Positions 20,158 through 28,196 of a stretch of DNA of 64,000 bases are shown here, piece after piece. The stretch covers positions 1-64,000 of the forward strand of contig JAXGNU010000007.1 in NCBI GenBank assembly GCA_040767805.1, given 5' to 3'. Origin of the DNA: Thermovirgaceae bacterium (GTDB taxonomy: Bacteria > Synergistota > Synergistia > Synergistales > Thermovirgaceae). The notes under the pieces were generated by a model. It was not told where the DNA came from. It searched no databases and worked only from the letters and a program-made list of their open reading frames with translations. Position numbers and translations under genes: made by a program. Position 1 is the stretch's first letter. Every line of letters begins with the position of its first letter.

Positions 20158-20478
20158 GTTGAACCCCTCCTGACGGGTGTTATGATATAATATCGGTGCA
20201 ACGGGTAAAAGAGAACAGGCCCTGCGGTGTTCGTGAACATGGTGAAGTGCCTTGAGCCAACACCCGGTCGTGGGAGACTGATCTACCCGCCGGCAATGGC
20301 GGCGCCAAGGCGCTACCCCGCGCAAAGGCGGGTGAGGTTTCCACCTAGTTTGGAACGGGTCAAGGCCTTCGTGTCACGGCACTCGCGGGGGTTTCTTCTT
20401 TTGCACGGGGAGCGGGGTATGGGGGCCATGGGTCTTCATGCCCCGTTTTCTTTATTTCTTACCGAGGAGGCGGATTCA

Positions 20479-21453
20479 ATGGCTGTCGCCGCGCCCTTCT
20501 GGCACCCGTCGATGGCACGGGGTTTCATCCTCGACTGGGACGGGGTCCTGGCCGACACGAAGCTGGATTTCGGCCCCATCAGGGCCAAGTACTTCAAGGG
20601 CGAACGGGTCCCCCTGGTGGAGGCCGCCGACATGCTGGAGAGGGACCGTCGGGCCGACCTGGAGAGGGAACTCTACGAACTGGAAATGGAGGGCGCGAGG
20701 AAGGCGACGCCCGTTCAGGGCGCCCACGAACTGCTGGAGTGGCTGGAGATGTGTAAGGTCCCCTGGGCGGTGGTCTCCCGGAACTGCCGGGACTCCATCT
20801 TCGAGGCGGCGAAGCGGAGCGGGATAACCCTGCCCGGTGTCGTGTTGTCCCGGGACGAGGGGCCACTGAAGCCCGACCCCCAGGCGCTCTGGTCCGCCGC
20901 CGGGGCCATCGGCGTGGAGCCGACGCTTTGCCTGATGGTGGGAGACTTCATCTACGACCTCTACGGGGCGCGCAGGGCCGGGATGAGGGCCGTCCTGGTG
21001 GAGCGATGCAACCCCGACTGGGAGAGGTGGGCCGACGCCTCCTACGGCCGCCTGGCGGACCTCGTGGCGTCCCTCGGGGCCCCGGAGCCGTTGGTGCCCT
21101 GGGAATACCGGGAACTGGAGAGGGAGCGCGGGAGAGAGTGGCTCGAAAGGGCCTGGGAGATAGAGGCGGCTCTCCCGGAAACTTCGCCCGAGATCCTCTC
21201 CGTGGCGCTGGCCGCGGCGGCACTCGGTGTGGGCGGACTTCGGGTCGACTCCAAGGCGAAGCTCTCGCTGGAGCAGTGGGAGGAGGCGCCCTTTTTGCCC
21301 CTCTCCCTCGTCGACAGGCCCCTGCTGTCGGTGCTGGCGCAGGTCCTGGGGGAGCGCTACCCCCAGGTGATGATCTCCAGGGACGGGGCGCCCCTGGAAC
21401 TCCCCCCGAGGGCGGGCATGGTGGAGGAGGCCGTCCTCTCATGGATGAACTGA
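20479..21453 (+). CDS. HAD-family phosphatase with a C-terminal extension
   Basis: DWDGVLAD, SRN, KPDP and VGDFIYD motifs. Confidence 0.85.
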   Translation: MAVAAPFWHPSMARGFILDWDGVLADTKLDFGPIRAKYFKGERVPLVEAADMLERDRRADLERELYELEMEGARKATPVQGAHELLEWLEMCKVPWAVVSRNCRDSIFEAAKRSGITLPGVVLSRDEGPLKPDPQALWSAAGAIGVEPTLCLMVGDFIYDLYGARRAGMRAVLVERCNPDWERWADASYGRLADLVASLGAPEPLVPWEYRELERERGREWLERAWEIEAALPETSPEILSVALAAAALGVGGLRVDSKAKLSLEQWEEAPFLPLSLVDRPLLSVLAQVLGERYPQVMISRDGAPLELPPRAGMVEEAVLSWMN

Positions 21454-22811
21454 AGGAAAAGAGGAGCCTCTGGGACGAGGCGCCGGGGGAGGCCGCTCCC
21501 GCCAGCAAGTGGGAGGTCCCCCTGGCGGAGAGGATGAGGCCCAGGAGCCTCGAAGAGATGGCCGGGCAGGGGCACCTCCTGTCGGGGGACGCCCCCCTCG
21601 CGAGGGCGATCCGGTCGGGGCGGGTGCCCAGCTGCATACTCTACGGCCCTCCCGGCGTGGGCAAGACGACTATCGCCCGCCTGATGGCCTCCTTGACGGG
21701 GAGGGGTTTCCTCGAGATCAACGCCGTCTCGGCCAACGTGGCGGCCCTGAGGGAGCTGGTGGCCGAGGCGAAGCGCCTAAAGGGCCTCACCGGCCGGGCG
21801 CCGGTGGCCTTCGTCGACGAGATCTACCACTTCAACCGTCAGCAGCAGAACGCGCTGCTCCCCTCGGTGGAAAAGGGCGACCTGGTGCTGGTGGGGACCA
21901 CCACGGAGAACCCCTACTTCGAGATAAACAAGACCCTCCTCTCCAGGGTCGTGGTCTACGAACTGCGGCCGCTGGGGGCCGGGGACCTGGTGGGGCTGCT
22001 GGAGAGGGCCCTCTCCGACAGGGAGCGGGGGCTGGGCGAATTGGAGCTCTCCGCCTCGGGCCGGACCTTGGGGGAGATCGCCCTGGGGGCCGGCGGCGAC
22101 GCCCGCCAGGCGCTGACGAGGCTCGAGCTTTCGGCCCACGCCGTGGCCGCCGGCGGGGGGAGCGTCATCGACGCGGAGACGGTGAGGAACGTATCGCCCA
22201 AGGCGCTTCAGCGCTACGACCGGGACCAGGACGACCACTACAGGATCATATCGGCGCTGATCAAGAGCATGAGGGGTTCCGACCCCGACGCCGCCGTCTA
22301 CTGGCTGGGACGGCTCGTGGCCGGGGGCGAGGACGTGCGTTTCGTGGCCCGGAGGCTCCTGGTCTTCGCCGCCGAGGACGTGGGGCTCGCCGACCCGAGC
22401 GCGCTCTCGGTGGCGGCCGGCGCCGCCTACGCATCGGACTTCGTGGGGCTCCCCGAGGCGAGGATAATACTCTCGGAGGCCGTCATCTACCTCTCGCTGG
22501 CGCCGAAGAGCAACAGCGCCTACAAGGCCATTGACGGGGCCCTTTCGGCCATTGAGCGGGGCGAGCTACAGGAGGTCCCCCTCCACCTGAGGCCGGGCGG
22601 CGAGGGGTACCTCTACCCCCACGACTTTCCGGGGCACTGGGTGGCCCAAAAGTACATGGACCGGCCGTTTAAGTTCTACAGGCCGGGCGGTCTCGGAGAG
22701 GAACCGGAGATGGCCCGGCTTCACGGGCTAAAAGGTGATGGTCATGACGCCGATGAAGACGAGGACGATCCCGCCCGCCAGCCGGGGGGTGAGCTTCTCG
22801 CCGAGGAATAG
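21441..22811 (+). CDS. rarA: Replication-associated recombination protein A (RarA/MgsA)
   Basis: PLAERMRP, GPPGVGKTT, TTENPYFE, SALIKSMRGSDPDAA and YLYPHD motifs. Confidence 0.92.
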   Translation: MDELKEKRSLWDEAPGEAAPASKWEVPLAERMRPRSLEEMAGQGHLLSGDAPLARAIRSGRVPSCILYGPPGVGKTTIARLMASLTGRGFLEINAVSANVAALRELVAEAKRLKGLTGRAPVAFVDEIYHFNRQQQNALLPSVEKGDLVLVGTTTENPYFEINKTLLSRVVVYELRPLGAGDLVGLLERALSDRERGLGELELSASGRTLGEIALGAGGDARQALTRLELSAHAVAAGGGSVIDAETVRNVSPKALQRYDRDQDDHYRIISALIKSMRGSDPDAAVYWLGRLVAGGEDVRFVARRLLVFAAEDVGLADPSALSVAAGAAYASDFVGLPEARIILSEAVIYLSLAPKSNSAYKAIDGALSAIERGELQEVPLHLRPGGEGYLYPHDFPGHWVAQKYMDRPFKFYRPGGLGEEPEMARLHGLKGDGHDADEDEDDPARQPGGELLAEE

Positions 22812-23612
22812 CGTGGCGAAGAGGGCCGCCAGGAAGGGCCTGATGGAAACGATGCAGACCACGGCGTCGACAGGGGCCAGCCCGAAGGCGTAGGTCATGA
22901 ATAGGTTGCCCACCGTGAGCCCCAGGGCGCCCGCCAGGGCCATCTCGACCATGGGGCCCCGGGGAATGCTTCCCGCCCCCCTGCACCTTTCCAGGAGATA
23001 GAACAGGACCCACGAACCCAGGGTGATACTCACGGAGCGCCACCATTCCAGCTGTGGCACCGGTACGGTCTGCATGAGCACCTTGTTGGTGATCATGCCG
23101 AAGGTCCAGCAGGACATGGCCAGGAAGGAGGCCGCCAGCCCGCCGAGAACCTGTCGTTTCCCCTCGAGGTCCTGCTTGTGGGGCGAGAGCAGCACGAGGC
23201 CGGCCACGATGAGCGCGGCCGCTACGAGGACCATGGGCTTGGCGGGTTCCCCCAGGAAGATCCAGGCGGCGGGCACCACCATCAGGGGGTAGGAGGACGT
23301 GACGGGCACCGATATGGAGACCCCAAGTTTGTGGAGGGACGAGAAATAAAAAAAGTCCCCCAGGACGAGCCAGAGGACGGAGCAGGCGAATATCTTCGCC
23401 ATGGTCACCGCCGGGAGGGGGACGAAGGCCGAGGGCCCCATGGTAAGGAAGAGGAAAAGGGCGGCGCTGATGATGTAGCCGTTGCAACGCAGGGCGCCTA
23501 GGCCGGAGTAGGATATACGGTCCACCCCGCGGCGGTAGAGAACGGGAGCCACCGCCCAGCTGACGGCGGCCATCAGGGCCAGGAAATAGCTGAAGAGATG
23601 CGGGGACTGCAT
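22728..23612 (-). CDS. DMT/EamA-family transporter
   Basis: About 10 hydrophobic helices; repeated FLGE motif. Confidence 0.85.
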   Translation of the reverse strand: MQSPHLFSYFLALMAAVSWAVAPVLYRRGVDRISYSGLGALRCNGYIISAALFLFLTMGPSAFVPLPAVTMAKIFACSVLWLVLGDFFYFSSLHKLGVSISVPVTSSYPLMVVPAAWIFLGEPAKPMVLVAAALIVAGLVLLSPHKQDLEGKRQVLGGLAASFLAMSCWTFGMITNKVLMQTVPVPQLEWWRSVSITLGSWVLFYLLERCRGAGSIPRGPMVEMALAGALGLTVGNLFMTYAFGLAPVDAVVCIVSIRPFLAALFATLFLGEKLTPRLAGGIVLVFIGVMTITF

Positions 23613-23624
23613 TTGGGGGGAGGG

Positions 23625-24302
23625 CTAGCCCGAGGCCGAGAGTTCCGGGTGCCCCCTCAGGTAGTTCAGGAGCCCGTCCCTGGAGCGCTCGAGGTGGCCC
23701 CTCATTACCGCCTCGGCCTTGTCGGGGTCGCCCGTCTCGATGGCGTCGATGATGGCCACGTGTTCGTGGGCGAAGGTGCTCAAGGGGATGCCCTCCACGG
23801 AGTAGTGCCGGCAGAGGTTGATGAGGTCGGCGATGTTGTGGAGCATCATGGTCAGGTAGCGGTTGCCCGACAGCTCGTAGAGGGAGGCGTGGAACAGCCT
23901 GTCCTCGGCGAGGTAGTGGTCCGTCTCGGTCTCGTCGGTCATGACCGAAAAAACGGGGCGCCAGCGCTCCAGCTCCTTGATGGGCTGGAGCCGGGTCACC
24001 AGCCGGACGGCGATGATCTCCAGGTGGGTGCGGAGGTCGTAGAGGTCGGAAGCGTCCTTGACGGTGGGAAGAGAGACGAAGGCGCCCCGCCGCGGTTCCA
24101 GCGTCACCAGGCCGGTCTGGGCGAGCTGCCTTATGGCCTCCCTGACGGGGGTGCGGGATACGGCGAGCTTGTCCGCCAGGTCGACCTCGGAGAGCCTCTC
24201 ACCGGGTCTGATGAAGCCCCCGACGATGGCTTCCTTTATCTTTTCGTAGACGATCTGGCGAAGGTCTATGTTGCGAGCCGGCGAGAGCGGGTCGTTGAAC
24301 AT
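23625..24302 (-). CDS. GntR/FCD transcriptional regulator
   Basis: PGERLSE..LA..L.VSRTPVREA; FCD histidine motifs. Confidence 0.92.
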   Translation of the reverse strand: MFNDPLSPARNIDLRQIVYEKIKEAIVGGFIRPGERLSEVDLADKLAVSRTPVREAIRQLAQTGLVTLEPRRGAFVSLPTVKDASDLYDLRTHLEIIAVRLVTRLQPIKELERWRPVFSVMTDETETDHYLAEDRLFHASLYELSGNRYLTMMLHNIADLINLCRHYSVEGIPLSTFAHEHVAIIDAIETGDPDKAEAVMRGHLERSRDGLLNYLRGHPELSASG

Positions 24303-24398
24303 GGGACCGCCTCCTGTTAAGGGGTTGGAGGTTTTACGTATACTCCGTCCATTATACATCCCTTGGCCGACGGCGCAACGTCTTGGCGGCCCCGGGAT

Positions 24399-24911
24399 CT
24401 ACCGGCCCCCGCGGTTTATCCAGTCGGTCCAAAGGGAGAGGGCGTAGACGGCGTCGGAGAGGCGGTTCAGCCAGGCGTAGGGGGCGTCGCCGATATCGCC
24501 CTGCCGGTGAAGGCCGACGGCGACCCGCTCGGCCCTGCGGGCGATCGTCCTGGCCAGGTGGAGGGCCGCGCCGGGGAGGGAGTCGCCGGGGCGGACGAAG
24601 CGGAAAGTCTCGCCCGTTAAGGTACGGACCTTTTCCACTATTTCGTCAAGGGCGCCCGGATCGGGCTCGGGGAGGCCCAGGAAAAGGGCCAGGTAGCCCA
24701 TGACGGCGCCCAGGTCCTCCTCGAGGCGGAAGATCACCTCGCGGATTTCATCGTGGCAACAGGAGGCCCTGGCCAGGCCGAGCGCGGCCTGGCATTCGTC
24801 CAGGGTCCCGTAAAGCTCCACCCTGGGGTGGTCCTTGGGGAGGCGGGAACCGTCGCCGAGGCCGGTGGTGCCCTTATCCCCTCCCCTGGTCGTTATCCAG
24901 GGTTTTTTCAT
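24399..24911 (-). CDS. Cob(I)alamin adenosyltransferase, PduO type
   Basis: TRGGDKGTTGL, YGTLDE, RTIARRAER and LNRLSD motifs. Confidence 0.92.
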   Translation of the reverse strand: MKKPWITTRGGDKGTTGLGDGSRLPKDHPRVELYGTLDECQAALGLARASCCHDEIREVIFRLEEDLGAVMGYLALFLGLPEPDPGALDEIVEKVRTLTGETFRFVRPGDSLPGAALHLARTIARRAERVAVGLHRQGDIGDAPYAWLNRLSDAVYALSLWTDWINRGGR

Positions 24912-24944
24912 CAGGATCGCCTCCGTCCGATGTATCGTTCAATT

Positions 24945-24970
24945 AAAAAGGGGCTGCCGCCGGCAGCCCC
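24945..24970 (-). terminator. Terminator downstream of the DUF2703-like gene
   Basis: ggggctgcc/ggcagcccc stem with an A-run on the + strand. Confidence 0.65.
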
Positions 24971-24984
24971 CGGACCTAGATCCC

Positions 24985-25419
24985 TCAGCCTCCGCCGCAG
25001 GTGCCGCAGCCGCTCCCGCAGCCCCCGGTGGACGATAGGGCCACGCGGAGCAGGCCGTCGGCGATGAGCCCTGGAGGGACGGCCTGGTAGGTCTGGCCGG
25101 CCACCTCGATGGTCCGGCACCGGCCGTGGCCCTCGCCCCCGTCGCAGCCGCAGGGCTTAGAGGAAGCCTCGTACCCCAGTATCTCGTCGAGGGGGGTTTC
25201 GGGGAAGTCGATATCGGCACTCTCGAGGGTCACCAGGTTGTTCTTTTCCGGGTCCCCGCCGGAGGGAGCCTTTTCGAGGGTCACGGGAAAGCCTATGCGG
25301 GCGAGTTTCGGCCCGAGTTGCTCCACCATGTTGCAGAGTGTGTCGTAGGTCTCCTTCACGGGGCCGCACTGGGCCCCCTCGGGTGCGTAGTGCCTGATCC
25401 TGATCGTTGAAACGTCCAT
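24985..25419 (-). CDS. DUF2703-like small Cys-rich protein
   Basis: PLDEILG and CRTIEV.G.TY.A.P..LI motifs; C-terminal CGSGCGTC. Confidence 0.6.
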   Translation of the reverse strand: MDVSTIRIRHYAPEGAQCGPVKETYDTLCNMVEQLGPKLARIGFPVTLEKAPSGGDPEKNNLVTLESADIDFPETPLDEILGYEASSKPCGCDGGEGHGRCRTIEVAGQTYQAVPPGLIADGLLRVALSSTGGCGSGCGTCGGG

Positions 25420-25489
25420 ATCACGAACCTCCTAAATTGGCGTATGCGGTTTTTTGTCCTTCAGTTGCCTTGATTTTTTGTCTCCTGTC

Positions 25490-25586
25490 TTTCGTATTTC
25501 GCTCTTTTCGATTCACGATTTCCGATTCACGATTCACGGATCTTGCCCTTTTTGTATACAAATACTCAAATTCAAGGTCTGACCCC
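25490..25586 (-). repeat. REP-like terminus (25553-25586) plus heptamer array
   Basis: tgtatacaaatactcaaattcaaggtctgacccc preceded by gattcac units. Confidence 0.8.
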
Positions 25587-26003
25587 AACGAAGGTGCCCT
25601 TGGCGTCGACGTAGGTCTTTCCGTCTTCGCCAATGATCCGGGCCTCGGTCTTCACCTTCCGGCCGTCCACCGAAAGGGAGTTCCCGAAGGCCGTGTACCT
25701 GGCGCCTGACTTGACGGGTCGCAGGAAGCGGATGCTCATGTCGGCCGTCACGGTCCAATTCTCAATGGCCTTCTTGGCAGCCCAGGCCATGGCGTCGTCG
25801 CAGATCGCCGCCAGTATACCCCCGTGGACGATACCCTCGTAACCGCACCAGGTTTCGTCGGGGGTGAAGGGTATCACCGTCCGTTCAGAGTCGCCGTCCC
25901 AGTAGAGGATCACGCCGAGGGACCTGGGGTTTGTGCCGCTGCGGTCGCAGATGAAACATCCCCTGGAGCCTTCCAGTTCTTCCAAGGCCATTCTTATCAC
26001 CAC
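25572..26003 (-). CDS. PaaI-family thioesterase
   Basis: CF.C....P..LG, GIVHGGILAAICDD and hotdog-fold pattern. Confidence 0.85.
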   Translation of the reverse strand: MVIRMALEELEGSRGCFICDRSGTNPRSLGVILYWDGDSERTVIPFTPDETWCGYEGIVHGGILAAICDDAMAWAAKKAIENWTVTADMSIRFLRPVKSGARYTAFGNSLSVDGRKVKTEARIIGEDGKTYVDAKGTFVGVRP

Positions 26004-26100
26004 CGGCAGGTATTTTACCCCAAGGGGTATGGAGAGTACACCCCTAAGATCTATGATGTCTGGACAGAAGCCCTGCCCTGTGGTACTACTATCTTCGCTT

Positions 26101-26186
26101 GCCGGAGTGGCGGAATGGCAGACGCAGCGGACTCAAAATCCGCCGGGGGCAACCCTGTGGGGGTTCGAGTCCCCCCTCCGGCACCA
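26101..26186 (+). tRNA. tRNA-Leu(CAA)
   Basis: GCCGGAG/CTCCGGC acceptor stem, GCGGA-CTCAAAA-TCCGC anticodon arm, long variable arm, GTTCGAGT T-loop, encoded CCA. Confidence 0.96.
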
Positions 26187-26201
26187 AATTCCAGTAACCC
26201 C

Positions 26202-26244
26202 AAGGGTTTTCTCCGTTTCAATCGATTCGGGGAGACCCTTTTTT
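26202..26244 (+). terminator. Terminator after the tRNA
   Basis: aagggttttctccg/cggggagaccctt stem followed by T run. Confidence 0.65.
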
Positions 26245-26955
26245 GCGTCTACCTAAACGGCGAATCCACCGGTGTTAAAAAGGGTTAATTCCGGTGGAAT
26301 CTAAACGTTCTCCCTCAATACCCTCGAAAATGAATGTAAAGGGGTTCCACACGAACGAGATCAGCGGCATTCCTTTAAAGTCTATCCCGGCGAAGTGCTA
26401 TCCTTGCACGCGGTTACCATGACCACGGCTGGATTTCGCATCAACGAGAGGGCGAAAGCGCAAGGGGCCTGTGTTACGGGGCACCTCCCATATCCCGGTC
26501 GATCCCATAGACGATCAGCGATCCGCTACCACCCCTAGGACGAGTTCAAGGTGTACCTCCTTTCAGCATAGGTAGTTCAGAGGGTTAGGGCTAATTGGAG
26601 GACATCGATCTCACGTGGTATCATATCGCCGAGGGTTTCCCACCCTTTTTTAATGGGGAATACCCAGCCGGTTTTACCCGATACTATCCCGAAAAGAGAA
26701 AAGACTGAGGGGTGAAATGATGGGCGTAAGGAGTAACCACGTTCCCAGGGAGGACGTGCTTCGGGGTTGAAACCCCGACGTCATTACAGCAAGGGGAATG
26801 GACTGATCGGACAACGCAATTCAAGGGGAACCCCCCGTGTTTCCTCGAGAGAGGGAACCTTAAGTCTTGACAAGCCGCTTAGAGATATGACTTTATAAAT
26901 AATTGGTGTGATGAATATGCGTAGCACTCTGTCTCTGCGGTAGCGAGGTAAAAGC

Positions 26956-28185
26956 ATGAGGCTTCTTCACACATCGGACTGGCACATCGGACGCACTCTT
27001 TACGGCAGGAAACGTTACGAGGAGCATGAATCCTTTCTGTCCTGGCTGGCAAAGACGATCCAGGACAAGGCGATCGATGTGCTACTGGTGGCGGGTGATG
27101 TCTTTGACACCAGCGCTCCGAACAATCGCGCCCAGGAGCTCTATTACAGGTTCCTGTGCAGGGTTGCGGCCTCGTCTTGCCGGCATGTCGTCGCCATCGC
27201 GGGCAACCATGATTCTCCGTCCTTTCTCGACGCACCTAAGGAACTGCTCAAGGCTCTAGATATCCATGTGGTCGGAAGTCCTGCTTCCTCCCCCGAAGAA
27301 GAAGTGCTGGTGCTCCGCAATGAACAGGATGCTCCGGAATTGATCGTCTGTGCCGTGCCTTACCTCCGCGACAGGGATATCCGCGTCGCCGAAGCGGGAG
27401 AAAGCTCCAAAGACAAGGTTCAAAAACTGATCGACGGCATCCGCATTCATTACGCCGCCGTTGCCGAATTGGCAGAGCAGAAGCGCGGGGAACTCGGAGC
27501 CGATATCCCTATCATAGGCATGGGACATCTGTACACCCAGGGCGGCCGGACCGTCGAAGGCGACGGCGTGCGCGAACTCTATATCGGTTCCGTTGCCCGG
27601 GTGCACGCCTCGACTTTCCCTGCCTGCTTCAATTACCTGGCGCTTGGACACCTCCATGTCCCGCAAAAAGTGGACGGCTCCGAAACCATTCGATATAGCG
27701 GCTCTCCTCTGCCCATAGGGTTTGGAGAGGCAGAACAGCAGAAGAGCGTTTGCCTGGTCGAATTCAACAGGACGACTGCATCGGTACAATTGATCGATGT
27801 TCCACAATCTCGGGAACTGGAGCGCGTCAAGGGGGACTGGGACGGCATTTCAAGCCGGATCGTCCAATTATTGAAAGGCGGCTTCCAAGGCTGGCTCGAG
27901 GTCATCTACGAAGGCAGCGAGATCATTGGTGATCTGCGTGAACGCCTGGAGGCTGCTATTTCTAATACTCCGATTGAAATACTCCGGATAAAAAACAACC
28001 GAATCGTTCGACGCGTGCTGCGACAGATCCATGAAGAAGAAACGCTTCACGACCTGAGCGTCGACGAGGTGTTTGAACGATGCCTCACCGATCATGGTGT
28101 ACCAAAGGTGCAGCGGCCTGAGCTGCTTCGAACCTACCGGGAAGCGGTCTCGTCTCTCTTAGAGGACGACGAACGGGCGGAATAG
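26956..28185 (+). CDS. sbcD: Exonuclease SbcCD subunit D
   Basis: LHTSDWHIG, AGDVFD, GNHDS, LGHLH and RYSGSP motifs. Confidence 0.93.
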   Translation: MRLLHTSDWHIGRTLYGRKRYEEHESFLSWLAKTIQDKAIDVLLVAGDVFDTSAPNNRAQELYYRFLCRVAASSCRHVVAIAGNHDSPSFLDAPKELLKALDIHVVGSPASSPEEEVLVLRNEQDAPELIVCAVPYLRDRDIRVAEAGESSKDKVQKLIDGIRIHYAAVAELAEQKRGELGADIPIIGMGHLYTQGGRTVEGDGVRELYIGSVARVHASTFPACFNYLALGHLHVPQKVDGSETIRYSGSPLPIGFGEAEQQKSVCLVEFNRTTASVQLIDVPQSRELERVKGDWDGISSRIVQLLKGGFQGWLEVIYEGSEIIGDLRERLEAAISNTPIEILRIKNNRIVRRVLRQIHEEETLHDLSVDEVFERCLTDHGVPKVQRPELLRTYREAVSSLLEDDERAE

Positions 28186-28196
28186 GGAGGCTGCCT

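Noticed and set aside
20928..21440. N-terminal extension of RarA
   Set aside because: Alternate-frame overlap of the HAD gene; the plausible start with RBS is at 21441
26395..26540. Tyrosine integrase relic (TAGFRINE resembles TGxRxxE)
   Set aside because: Only one short motif, with no HxxR or Tyr region; chance match likely
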